A program made the position numbers and the translations under genes. A DNA stretch of 64,000 nt. It comes from Lentisphaeria bacterium (GTDB lineage Bacteria; Verrucomicrobiota; Lentisphaeria; Victivallales; Victivallaceae). This document shows, piece after piece, positions 1 to 8,456 of the stretch. How positions within the stretch are numbered: the stretch's first letter is position 1; each line of letters begins with the position of its first letter. Location of the stretch: assembly GCA_017504585.1 (NCBI GenBank), contig JAFVQX010000190.1, positions 250-64,249 of the forward strand, written 5' to 3'. The notes beneath the pieces were generated by a model. The model saw only the letters and a list, made by a program, of their open reading frames with translations, was not told the origin of the DNA and did no database searches.

Positions 1-40
1 TAAAAATTTCTGTTTTGTCAGTCGTTACAAGACTTTGCAA

Positions 41-1096
41 TCACTTTTCCTGCTGCAAACGGAATATCTCTTTTTGCTGTTCGATTTCTGTTCGCAACTG
101 TTCCTGGGTCGGCAAATAGGTCAGATATTTTGCCGCAAACAGTTGTTCATTGTCGTGCAGCACCGAATATCGGGCTATATCGTGACTGGTTTCTGAACAA
201 AGCAATATGCCGATCGTTGGATTGTCGCCTTCTGAACGCTTCAGGTCATCGAACATTCTGACATACATATCCATTTGACCGACATCCTGATGGGTGATTT
301 GAGTTGTTTTTAAATCTATCAGCACAAAGCATTTCAATATATAGTTGTAAAAGACCAGATCAATAAAATAATCTCCGGCATCGGTGGCAATATGCTGTTG
401 CCGGGCAACAAACGCATAGCCTTTGCCCAGCTCCATAAGAAACTTTTGCAAGTGGTCAAGTATGCTTTGCTCCAGCTGACTTTCGGTAAAACTGCTGTGG
501 TTGGAAAAACCCAAAAACTCCGCCACTACCGGATTTTTGATAAATTCAAGCTTGTCTGCTTGAGTTGGAGCTGTAAGTTTCTGCATTTCTGCAACCACAG
601 GTTTGGTATCGTGGCTTGCCAGCAATCTATGATAATACTGACTGCCGATATTGCGCTCAAGCGTTCTGGAACTCCATGCTTCATTGGCAGCCTCATTCAG
701 ATACCAGATCCGTGCTTCAGCATTAGGTTCCCGCAAAACCGCCCGGAAATGCGTCCAACTTAAATTTTGAACGCGCGCGTTCAAAATTGACAGATCCGGG
801 AAGCACAAGTAGAACTTTTTGTAATAAGCCAAATTGCGGGCATTGTAATTACTTCCGAATTCCAGAGAAAGGCTTTCGGCAAGAGCATTGAGCAAGTTTT
901 TGCCATATTCAGCACGAACTTTGCCCTGTTGTTCTTCTTCGACAATACGCTGACCGATTTTCCAATAAGTATTTGTTATGACGGCATTAACTGCAGTATA
1001 CGCTGCCTGTCGCCCGTCAGCGATTATCTGCCGAATGTCGCCAAGCAGCGCCAAGTCGGGAGCAGATACAGAAAAAATATTCTCTTCTTTGTTCAA
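41..1096 (-). CDS. PDDEXK-family nuclease, YhcG/DUF1016-like
   Basis: The translation matches the DUF1016 pattern: N-terminal 'YWKIGQRIVEEEQ...YGKNLL' and a C-terminal PD-(D/E)xK-like core 'YFIDLVFYNYILKCFVLIDLKTTQ'. The ORF-track start is GTG at 1177. I prefer TTG at 1096 (AAGG 8 nt upstream) because a terminator ends at 1178 and a TTGTAA-N16-TATATT promoter-like element lies at 1137-1164 inside the long version. The start remains uncertain. Confidence 0.8.
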   Translation of the reverse strand: MNKEENIFSVSAPDLALLGDIRQIIADGRQAAYTAVNAVITNTYWKIGQRIVEEEQQGKVRAEYGKNLLNALAESLSLEFGSNYNARNLAYYKKFYLCFPDLSILNARVQNLSWTHFRAVLREPNAEARIWYLNEAANEAWSSRTLERNIGSQYYHRLLASHDTKPVVAEMQKLTAPTQADKLEFIKNPVVAEFLGFSNHSSFTESQLEQSILDHLQKFLMELGKGYAFVARQQHIATDAGDYFIDLVFYNYILKCFVLIDLKTTQITHQDVGQMDMYVRMFDDLKRSEGDNPTIGILLCSETSHDIARYSVLHDNEQLFAAKYLTYLPTQEQLRTEIEQQKEIFRLQQEK

Positions 1097-1177
1097 AGTC
1101 ACTACCTTATGCGTTAAAATTGCCTGTTTATGAGTAAATATAGCATGGCTATCGAGTTTTACAAGCCGCACAAGCAC

Positions 1178-1208
1178 AAAAAAACGCTCCCTCTTGCGAG
1201 AGAGCGCT
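1178..1208 (-). terminator. Rho-independent terminator after pseudopilin paralog 1
   Basis: The minus strand reads CGCTCTCT-cgcaag-AGGGAGCG followed by TTTTTTT. Confidence 0.7.
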
Positions 1209-1243
1209 CTTTATCAGACTTGTAGTATCAGACTACGCAAACA

Positions 1244-1840
1244 TTAGTTGTAGGTGATCTGGTCAAGTACTTTGTAATCGGAGACGCCAGAAACAAGTTG
1301 AGGCAGTCCGCCAACATGACCACCAAGGTAGCAAACATTGGTATTTTTAGGATGGCAGCCACTCATATCCCACCAAGTGGCTGCACCGGGATTGTCGCGA
1401 CCGACGATCACGCGCTTTTTGCCATTGGTATCATCGTCTTTGATCCAATTGAAATAGGAAGATTTAGCCGGTTTAGCCTCAGTAGCCCCCTCGCCTTCGC
1501 CTGAAGCAGCTACTGCGTCAGCAAAGTTGGTGCTGTCGCTGGGGCATTTGAAGCATTTTTCTGCAATGTCTTTAGTGAGGGTTGTGACATTCATGCCCAT
1601 AAAACCACCGAGGACCAACTTATCCCCAGGGGCGGTACCTCCGTAAACAATGCTATCCGCGAAGGGAAGAGCAGCATCCGGGCACGCAACATAATCTTTG
1701 TTGACGCCGGAGTACATGAATTCGCCGAGGCCGATCTGCTTGAGTTTGCTTACGCAGTTGGCACTGCGGGCGCGTTCACGGGCGGCGGAGAGGGCGGGCA
1801 GCAGCATGGCAGCCAAAATCGCGATGATAGCGATTACCAC
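1244..1840 (-). CDS. Prepilin-like (T2SS/T4P pseudopilin-like) protein, H-X9-GG variant, atypical N-terminus (paralog 1)
   Basis: It has the hydrophobic helix '[25 protein letters not shown]' typical of the prepilin-type N-terminal methylation domain. The C-terminus '[15 protein letters not shown]' gives H-X9-GG-H. There is no in-frame ATG (first start is GTG) and no G/FTLIE motif. Confidence 0.7.
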   Translation of the reverse strand: MVIAIIAILAAMLLPALSAARERARSANCVSKLKQIGLGEFMYSGVNKDYVACPDAALPFADSIVYGGTAPGDKLVLGGFMGMNVTTLTKDIAEKCFKCPSDSTNFADAVAASGEGEGATEAKPAKSSYFNWIKDDDTNGKKRVIVGRDNPGAATWWDMSGCHPKNTNVCYLGGHVGGLPQLVSGVSDYKVLDQITYN

Positions 1841-1901
1841 CGTAAGTGTGGTGACGGCAAGTGTCGCGGTGGCCGGGGCAAGCCCGACAGTACGGTAGAT
1901 A

Positions 1902-2810
1902 TCAGCTTTTTTTCTGTGTCATCTTCCATAAACTGTGTTGTTGCCAATTTGGGACAAAACCTATCCGGGGCAACGGCAAACACTCAAACTCTTTTGTCAG
2001 AGCTTCGATCCTTTTATGCCAATTTGTTGTTGGCGCACAGAATTTCAACAGATAGCTTAACATCAATAATACAAAGAAAGGTTTCTCATTGTCAAAGTCT
2101 GTCCAGAAAGAAAAACTTTTTCCGTTTGGACGCTTGGGTATAATACCAAGACGCCGGTTCCAGAGCCGGGCATGATGGGCGCAAATATTACGAACGTGGT
2201 TCATTGTATGCAACCAGCTTTCTAAAATTGCAACCGGCAAGTCGAATGACGATGCTACTGCTTTTTTTTCCTGATGATGCATGTTTCTGTACATTGTAAA
2301 TATAGTTCCGAAAGAAACAACTTCTGCAACCATCCAAAGCGGCAGATGCTCATTGGTATATTTTTGGCGGTAATGAGCTACAAAAACTTCTTTACTGCGA
2401 CGAACCTCACTATCTATTGCTGATAGAAATTTTTCAAAATTATCATCATCAAAAGAGTTGAAGTTTTCCTTTTCAAGATATCCGAAAGCTCCATGATTTT
2501 TGACAAATACGCTTATAATGCGAGCTTTAAGAGCTGTTTCGACCCGTTCCAAAGCATCAAATATCAAAATACGCAACCGTCTGTCAAACGCATATCTGCG
2601 ATATATCTCGTCAAAACTTGTTCCATCTCGATAGTTTTCTTGACCGGGAATTCTGAAAGGGTAAAGATAGGCAGACAAGCGGTAATAGCTGATATTTTCC
2701 AATAATGCAACTAATCTTTCTCTGCATTTTACTTGCAAACCTCGTGAAATCAAAAGATCCGCCTGTTGCTCTGCGGAAAGAGGTGGTTTGTTATAAAATT
2801 CCAATTGCAT
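1902..2810 (-). CDS. Abi_2 family (AbiD/AbiF-like) abortive-infection protein
   Basis: Abi_2-like motifs are present: '[11 protein letters not shown]', '[17 protein letters not shown]', '[13 protein letters not shown]', '[14 protein letters not shown]'. The gene is visibly more AT-rich than its surroundings. Confidence 0.85.
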   Translation of the reverse strand: MQLEFYNKPPLSAEQQADLLISRGLQVKCRERLVALLENISYYRLSAYLYPFRIPGQENYRDGTSFDEIYRRYAFDRRLRILIFDALERVETALKARIISVFVKNHGAFGYLEKENFNSFDDDNFEKFLSAIDSEVRRSKEVFVAHYRQKYTNEHLPLWMVAEVVSFGTIFTMYRNMHHQEKKAVASSFDLPVAILESWLHTMNHVRNICAHHARLWNRRLGIIPKRPNGKSFSFWTDFDNEKPFFVLLMLSYLLKFCAPTTNWHKRIEALTKEFECLPLPRIGFVPNWQQHSLWKMTQKKS

Positions 2811-2943
2811 ATTTGCCCCTGATAAAAAAACACCCCGGACATTTGAGCATCAACAAACGAGTGTCAAGAGGCTTCCGAGGTTCGCTGGGTATAATATATT
2901 ACAGTATTGTCAACATTGCAAATTACCGAAGAAAAAAAATAAC

Positions 2944-2977
2944 AAAAAAAAAGCGCGCTGTTTTTCAACAACGCGCT
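2944..2977 (-). terminator. Rho-independent terminator after pseudopilin paralog 2
   Basis: The minus strand reads AGCGCG-ttgttgaaaaaca-GCGCGCT followed by a T8-9 run. Confidence 0.7.
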
Positions 2978-3012
2978 CTTTATCAGACTTGTAGTATCAG
3001 ACTACTAAATTA

Positions 3013-3645
3013 TTAGTAGGTGATCTGGTCCACTTTCTTGTACACGGTATCGCCAGGATGGGTGCCAGCTGTAACGTCGATGGACTCAGGCATACTTGCA
3101 ACATGACCACCGAGATAGCAAATATTGGTGGTTTTAGAATGGCAACCATCGAGGTCCCACCAAGTAGCAGCACCAGGATTATCACGACCGACGATCACGC
3201 GTTTTTTTGGACCGGTAGCTACATTGGTAACCCAGTTGACATAAGAAGCCGTAGTAATTTTGGTGGCATCAGTAGTTCCGAAATTGGTGGAATCGCTGGG
3301 ACACTTAAAAAGCTTTTCAAAGGCATCAGCCTTAACTTCGGTAACATTCATACCCATAAAGCCGCCAAGAATCAGTTTGTTGCCGGGCAGCGTAGAGGCT
3401 GTAGCAGTGGAGTCGCCAATGACATTAGTAAAAAATTCAGGAGTTCCAGTGCCATCAATACAGGCAACATGGTCTTTGTTGACGCCGGAGTACATGAATT
3501 CGCCGAGACCGATCTGCTTGAGTTTGCTTACGCAGTTGGCGCTACGGGCGCGTTCACGGGCGGCGGAGAGGGCGGGCAGCAGCATGGCAGCCAAAATCGC
3601 GATGATAGCGATTACCACCGTAAGTGCGGTGACGGCAAGTGTCAC
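3013..3645 (-). CDS. Prepilin-like pseudopilin, H-X9-GG variant, atypical N-terminus (paralog 2)
   Basis: The first ~47 residues after the helix are identical to paralog 1. The C-terminus is '[15 protein letters not shown]'. The start is GTG and there is no upstream in-frame ATG before the stop at 3751-3753. Confidence 0.7.
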   Translation of the reverse strand: MTLAVTALTVVIAIIAILAAMLLPALSAARERARSANCVSKLKQIGLGEFMYSGVNKDHVACIDGTGTPEFFTNVIGDSTATASTLPGNKLILGGFMGMNVTEVKADAFEKLFKCPSDSTNFGTTDATKITTASYVNWVTNVATGPKKRVIVGRDNPGAATWWDLDGCHSKTTNICYLGGHVASMPESIDVTAGTHPGDTVYKKVDQITY

Positions 3646-3690
3646 GGTGCCCGGGGCAAGCCCGGCAGTGTGGATAGTTGGCGGCTTTTT

Positions 3691-3730
3691 ATGAGAAAGT
3701 ATGGGAAAGTATGGGAAAGTATGGGAGTAT
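3691..3730. repeat. 10-bp tandem satellite (atgggaaagt x ~4)
   Basis: Direct reading gives atgagaaagt/atgggaaagt/atgggaaagt/atgggagtat. It is the reverse complement of the array at 13941-14010. Confidence 0.9.
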
Positions 3731-3855
3731 TGCCGCCAGCCGGGGCGACATTATGCGTGGGCGGCGGACTTGTCCTCCGTAGCCTCCGGCGTAGGAGGAT
3801 GCCGCCATACTCCGCATGTGCGGGCTGTACGGTTGTTGGCGGATTTTACTCTATT

Positions 3856-4563
3856 TCAAGCATTTTCAGCAGGATTTTCTGCGGAGAGTTTTTCGCTGTA
3901 TATTTTCTGGCGTTCCATAATGCCCGACACCAGCACGATCAGTGCCAGATTCTGAACCATATCCACCATTTCGTTGGTCAAACAGAGCCAATCCAGTTTT
4001 ATCAGACTTTCAAACGATTCAGCTTTCATGCCCAAGCGGAATGTGGCTCTGCCCAGCAGGCTGCTGATAAGGAACATTGCCCAGAAAATCTTCAAACAGC
4101 CGGGGGCGGGGAGCTTTTTCCAATTCTCCGGCTCATCTTTGTTGAACTCCACAGCGTTCCAAATTTCCCGGAAAAACTCGTAGGGTTTGAACAATGACCA
4201 GACCGGAATGATAAAGTTGAGCCAGCCCCAATGAGGCTTTTGGGTAATATTCTCGATTTTCCAAGCCTGATTATTGGCTGCCGCCCGGTACATCCAGCGG
4301 AGAAATACGATCAATATTATGCCCGAAACGATAATCTGCACACTGCCAACAGCTATTTCGATCAAATCACTGCGGTTGGCGGCGGCTTCGATGGCTTCCT
4401 CCGAAGAAAAACTCTTGTTCTTGAGCTGGTGGAGTATATTCAGTTCGTTAAGGGTACTCAACACCGCTGCCAGCGAAAGGATCACGGCAATTTTCAGCAA
4501 TACTACCAAACTTTTTGCCGGTTTAGCGGGGTCAGTAAATTTGTATACCTTCTCTTTTGCCAT
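3856..4563 (-). CDS. DUF4328-like integral membrane protein
   Basis: The protein has multiple TM helices and the signature 'WLNFIIPVWSLFKPYEFFREIW' resembling DUF4328. The start is moved to ATG at 4563, which has GGAGG 7 nt upstream; the ORF-track start at 4653 runs into repeat DNA. Confidence 0.6.
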   Translation of the reverse strand: MAKEKVYKFTDPAKPAKSLVVLLKIAVILSLAAVLSTLNELNILHQLKNKSFSSEEAIEAAANRSDLIEIAVGSVQIIVSGIILIVFLRWMYRAAANNQAWKIENITQKPHWGWLNFIIPVWSLFKPYEFFREIWNAVEFNKDEPENWKKLPAPGCLKIFWAMFLISSLLGRATFRLGMKAESFESLIKLDWLCLTNEMVDMVQNLALIVLVSGIMERQKIYSEKLSAENPAENA

Positions 4564-4680
4564 GATCTGCCTCCAAATTTTGTGATTTGAGGTTTGTTGC
4601 CGATAAGAACGGCACTCGCCGCCACGCACAATGCTGCTGCTGTTTTGCGGCATTTGCCGCCACCCATACTGTTGCGGCAG

Positions 4681-4741
4681 CTGGCGGCACGATAAACCCC
4701 GTTATTTAGCGGTATTTACCGTTATACTCCTTTATGCCGCC
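4681..4741. repeat. Short hairpin/MITE-like element with terminal inverted repeats (copy 1)
   Basis: The sequence is ctggcggcacgataaa...taccgttatactcc...atgccgcca. Its ends, tggcggca and tgccgcca, are inverted repeats. A second copy in inverted orientation lies at 13851-13903. Confidence 0.8.
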
Positions 4742-4755
4742 ATCTCCCCCCCCTG

Positions 4756-5535
4756 TTACGCTTTGCGGGTGGGGAATTCTCCTGCCAGAGCGTTTTTTAT
4801 TACCGTTTTTACCTCGTCGGAGAAGTCGCTGCGGAGCATCCAGCGCAAAAATCCGGGGTCTTCGCTTGCCAGATCCCGCAAGCGTCGGCCGGAATTTTTT
4901 CCGAAGTTTATCACCACTTCATCGCCGGAAAACTTCAATCTGCCTTCGGAGTCTACAAAGTCAGCATCTCTGGCGGCAGAAAACTCTGCCAAGCCCGCCA
5001 TTTCCCGGGGCAATTCCGGGTGTTTGGCAAGCTGACCGAACAGTACCGACACGGTGGCATCGGTATCGGCTAAAGCGCTGTGGGCATCTTCCAGATTGCC
5101 ATCGCAGAAAAACTTGTATGCCGCACTCAAATTGCGGGGGTACAAACGGCAGAAAATGTTGAATACATCTATGAGTTTGCGTTCTTTCATGCTCAACTCA
5201 AGTCCGCAGCGTTTGAATTCCTCCTGCAGCATGGGCACATCGAACTTTACGATGTTGTAACCGGCTAAATCGCACCCTTCCAGATATTTGTAAAGGTTGT
5301 GTGCCACCACATCAAAGGTGGGGCAATCGGCTACATCTGCATCGAAAATACCATGCACCGCACTGGCTCCGGCGGGTATGGGTATGCAGGGGTTGATCCT
5401 GCGTACCACATCTTCCCGGGAGCCGTCGGGCATGACTTTGATGACCGCGATTTCCACAATGCGGTCACGGTAGGGATTGGTGCCGGTAGATTCTATATCA
5501 AAAAATACCAGCGGCCGTTCAAGCACCAGTTCCAT
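4756..5535 (-). CDS. DEDDh 3'-5' exonuclease (DnaQ/epsilon-like) with C-terminal DUF3820-like tail
   Basis: Exo motifs are 'FFDIESTG' (ExoI), 'GYNIVKFDVPML' (ExoII) and 'HSALADTDA' (ExoIII, H-type). The C-terminus 'FGKNSGRRLRDLASEDPGFLRWML' resembles DUF3820. Confidence 0.8.
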   Translation of the reverse strand: MELVLERPLVFFDIESTGTNPYRDRIVEIAVIKVMPDGSREDVVRRINPCIPIPAGASAVHGIFDADVADCPTFDVVAHNLYKYLEGCDLAGYNIVKFDVPMLQEEFKRCGLELSMKERKLIDVFNIFCRLYPRNLSAAYKFFCDGNLEDAHSALADTDATVSVLFGQLAKHPELPREMAGLAEFSAARDADFVDSEGRLKFSGDEVVINFGKNSGRRLRDLASEDPGFLRWMLRSDFSDEVKTVIKNALAGEFPTRKA

Positions 5536-5538
5536 AAC

Positions 5539-6750
5539 TTACAAACCCAGCAGAAGTTTCACCAGCTGATCGCCGGCAAGTTTGCCCAAAGCTCCATTCG
5601 GACAGACGCTTTCGCCGTAAAACTCCACACTGTCTGCGGCAATATCAACTCCGCAAACTGCCAGCGGTACCGGCGTGGTGGTATGTTTACGCAAACTCAA
5701 GGGCACCGGGTGGTCAGGCAGAATGGCAAAACGCACATCTTTGCGGTCTTTCAACGCTGCCAGCACCGGAGCGACCACTTTGCTGTCAAAGTCTTCGATG
5801 GCTTGCAGTTTAAGTTTCATATCGCCCATGTGGGAACACTCGTCGATAGCTTCCACATGTATATAGACCAGATCGTGATCTTCCAGCGCTTTCAGTGCCG
5901 CTTCCACTTTACCGGCATAGTTGGTGTCGATAAAACCGGTGGCACCAGATATTTCCAGCACATCCATACCGGCACATTTGCCGATACCTTTGACTACATC
6001 CACTGCGCTGACGATGGCGCCTTTTGCACCGTTGTAACGGGCGGTAAAGCCGTCGATGGCAGGTTTTCTGCCGGGGCTCCAGGGCCAGATTGCATTGGCG
6101 GGGCTTTCGCAATTCTGATTCAAGGGGTGATTACGCAAAAACTCATCAGTCCTGACTGCCAGATCTTCGAGGAACTTCTTGGTATAAGCAGTTTTGGGGT
6201 CGTCATCCAATGCGGTCAATTTCAGTTCGCTTACATGGATCCCCTGTGACGAATCCGGCTTATGATAGTCCAGATTGGGCGAAAAATCCTTGCCGTGCAG
6301 CACCAGCAGATTGCGGTAGCTTACGCCGGGATAGAACGATACCTTATCGGAACCGAATTCCTTCTGCAAATCTTCCATAAGGATCCGGGCCTTGGTTTCG
6401 TCCAAATGCCCTGCGGAGTAATCCAGCAGCACCCCTTCGGGGGAAACCGTTACCAGATTGCACCGCCACGCAATGTCATCGGGAGCAAGATCAATACCCT
6501 GACTTACTGCTTCGATGGGGCCGCGGCCCGGATAGTTCTTTTCGGGGTAAAAACCCAGCACCGACATATTAGCTACATCGCTGGAAGTTGGCAAACCATC
6601 CGGCAGTGTAAAGAATGTACCGCAAGCACCATTTTGGGCAATGCTGTCCATTGCCGGAGTTTTGGCGTATTCCACCGGGGTTTTGCCGCCGAGTTCGGCA
6701 ATGGGCAAATCTGCCATGCCGTCGGCTAAAAAGATAACTGCTTTATTCAT
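5539..6750 (-). CDS. ApgM-family cofactor-independent phosphoglycerate mutase homolog (possibly the 'proposed homoserine kinase' subgroup)
   Basis: The N-terminus 'FLADGMADLPIAELGGKTPVEYAKTPAMD...VANMSVLGF...GRGPIEA...WRCNL' fits the alkaline-phosphatase-superfamily ApgM-like pattern. Confidence 0.75.
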   Translation of the reverse strand: MNKAVIFLADGMADLPIAELGGKTPVEYAKTPAMDSIAQNGACGTFFTLPDGLPTSSDVANMSVLGFYPEKNYPGRGPIEAVSQGIDLAPDDIAWRCNLVTVSPEGVLLDYSAGHLDETKARILMEDLQKEFGSDKVSFYPGVSYRNLLVLHGKDFSPNLDYHKPDSSQGIHVSELKLTALDDDPKTAYTKKFLEDLAVRTDEFLRNHPLNQNCESPANAIWPWSPGRKPAIDGFTARYNGAKGAIVSAVDVVKGIGKCAGMDVLEISGATGFIDTNYAGKVEAALKALEDHDLVYIHVEAIDECSHMGDMKLKLQAIEDFDSKVVAPVLAALKDRKDVRFAILPDHPVPLSLRKHTTTPVPLAVCGVDIAADSVEFYGESVCPNGALGKLAGDQLVKLLLGL

Positions 6751-6759
6751 AAAATCAAC

Positions 6760-8415
6760 TCATTTCATATTCATTACAGCCGGGTCGTAGCCTTCGGGCG
6801 CTTCGTAGCCCATAAGCTCCAGACAGGTGGCTGCCAAACTGCTGATGCCCAAGCCTTCGTTCAGCTTGAGGTCATATTCGCCCTTATATTCCGGGTCGTA
6901 GATTATGCACGGCACGGCGTTCAGCGAATGGCTGGTCTTGCGGGCAGGGGCACCGGTCTTTTTATCCAGCTTCACATTGCCTTTTTTGTCGTGTTCAAGC
7001 ATATCGTCGGCGTTGCCGTGGTCGGCAGAAAATACCAGCACGCCGCCGGCTTCTTTGACCGCCTTGACCACTCTGCCCAATGCAATATCCAACGCACCCA
7101 TGCTGACCAGCACCGCCTGAAAATCGCCGGTGTGACCAACCATGTCGCCATTGGGGTAGTTGAGGCGGATAAAGGGATATTTGCCGGACTTGATGGCATC
7201 GACCACCACGTCGGTAACTTCCGCAGATTTCATCCACGGGCGTTCTTCAAAGGGGACCACATCGGAGGGTACTTCCACATAATCTTCCAGAGCGTCGTCG
7301 AATTTGCCGGAGCGGTTGCCGTTGAAGAAGTAAGTCACATGGCCGTACTTCTGGGTTTCGCTCACAGCCAGCTGCTTGACTTTGCTTACGGCAAGGTATT
7401 CGCCCAGCGTGCGGTCGATTTCAGGCGGGCTTACCAGATAGTTTTTGGGGGCGTGCAAGTCGCCGTCGTATTCCATCATACCGGCATACATTACATTGGG
7501 CCGTACTCCCCGGTCGAAATAGGGGAATTCGTCCTGTTCAAACGCCGCAGTGATTTCCAGCGAACGGTCGCCGCGGAAGTTGTAGAAGATCACCGAATCG
7601 TTATCTTTCATGGCACCAACCGGGGTTTTGCCATCTTCGGAAATGACAAAGGCATCCAGATCCTGGTCGATGGCACCGGTGGCTTTACGCAGTTCGGTAA
7701 CTGCTTCGTGGGCGGAAGCAAACATCTTGCCTTCGCCGTGAACATGGACTTTCCAACCGGCTTCCACCATTGCCCAGTTGGCGTTGTAGCGGTCCATGGT
7801 GATCTTCATACGGCCGCCGCCGGAAGCGATCTTGGCATCGCAGCCCGCTGCCCGGATCTCTGAAAGGAACTCTTCAAAGGGGTCGATGTAATCCAATGCC
7901 GAAGTTTCCGGCACATCACGGCCGTCCAGCAAAGCGTGGATGCGGATAACTTTCACCCCTTCAGCAGCGGCCTCTTTGACCATGGCTTTCAGGTGGTTGA
8001 TATTGCTGTGCACATTGCCGTCGCTGAACAAACCCAGAAAATGCAGTGTGGAGTTGTTGTTCAAAACATTGGCAATGACCTTTTTCCAGGTTTCGCCTTC
8101 AAAGAGTTTGCCGCTTTCCACGGCTTCGGCAACCAGTTTGGCACCCTGGGAAAATACTCTGCCGCAGCCGATGGCGTTGTGGCCGACTTCGCTGTTGCCC
8201 ATATCGTCATCGGAGGGCATACCCACGGCGGTACCGTGAGCTTTCAAAGCGGTATTGGGGCAAGAAGCCAAAAGTTCATCCAAAACCGGAGTGCTGGCGG
8301 CCTTGACTGCGTCGCCATCGCTGTATTTGCCGATACCCACACCGTCAGCAATGCAAAGTACCACCGGGCCACGGCGGCCCTGCCACGAAGAATTTTTTTT
8401 AAGTGCTTCCAACAT
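6760..8415 (-). CDS. gpmI: 2,3-bisphosphoglycerate-independent phosphoglycerate mutase (GpmI), plant/eukaryote-like long form
   Basis: Matching motifs are 'MPSDDDMGNSEVGHNAIGCGR', 'LLDGRDV' and 'ADHGNADDM'. The start is moved to ATG at 8415 (AAGGA upstream); the ORF-track start at 8544 would overlap lpxA. Confidence 0.85.
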   Translation of the reverse strand: MLEALKKNSSWQGRRGPVVLCIADGVGIGKYSDGDAVKAASTPVLDELLASCPNTALKAHGTAVGMPSDDDMGNSEVGHNAIGCGRVFSQGAKLVAEAVESGKLFEGETWKKVIANVLNNNSTLHFLGLFSDGNVHSNINHLKAMVKEAAAEGVKVIRIHALLDGRDVPETSALDYIDPFEEFLSEIRAAGCDAKIASGGGRMKITMDRYNANWAMVEAGWKVHVHGEGKMFASAHEAVTELRKATGAIDQDLDAFVISEDGKTPVGAMKDNDSVIFYNFRGDRSLEITAAFEQDEFPYFDRGVRPNVMYAGMMEYDGDLHAPKNYLVSPPEIDRTLGEYLAVSKVKQLAVSETQKYGHVTYFFNGNRSGKFDDALEDYVEVPSDVVPFEERPWMKSAEVTDVVVDAIKSGKYPFIRLNYPNGDMVGHTGDFQAVLVSMGALDIALGRVVKAVKEAGGVLVFSADHGNADDMLEHDKKGNVKLDKKTGAPARKTSHSLNAVPCIIYDPEYKGEYDLKLNEGLGISSLAATCLELMGYEAPEGYDPAVMNMK

Positions 8416-8456
8416 AATTACTCTATCCTTAAATTTTTTACAATGTGTTACTGTTA

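Noticed and set aside
3701-3955. Small ORFs starting 'MGKYGKVWE...' here and 'MGKYGKIWESMGEYGRVWESMG...' at 13818-14006 (minus), suggesting a conserved repeat peptide.
   Set aside because: The shared peptide is simply the translation of the 10-bp satellite (30-bp periodicity). The remainder of each ORF differs, runs through other repeat modules, and has no RBS. They are treated as non-coding repeat DNA.
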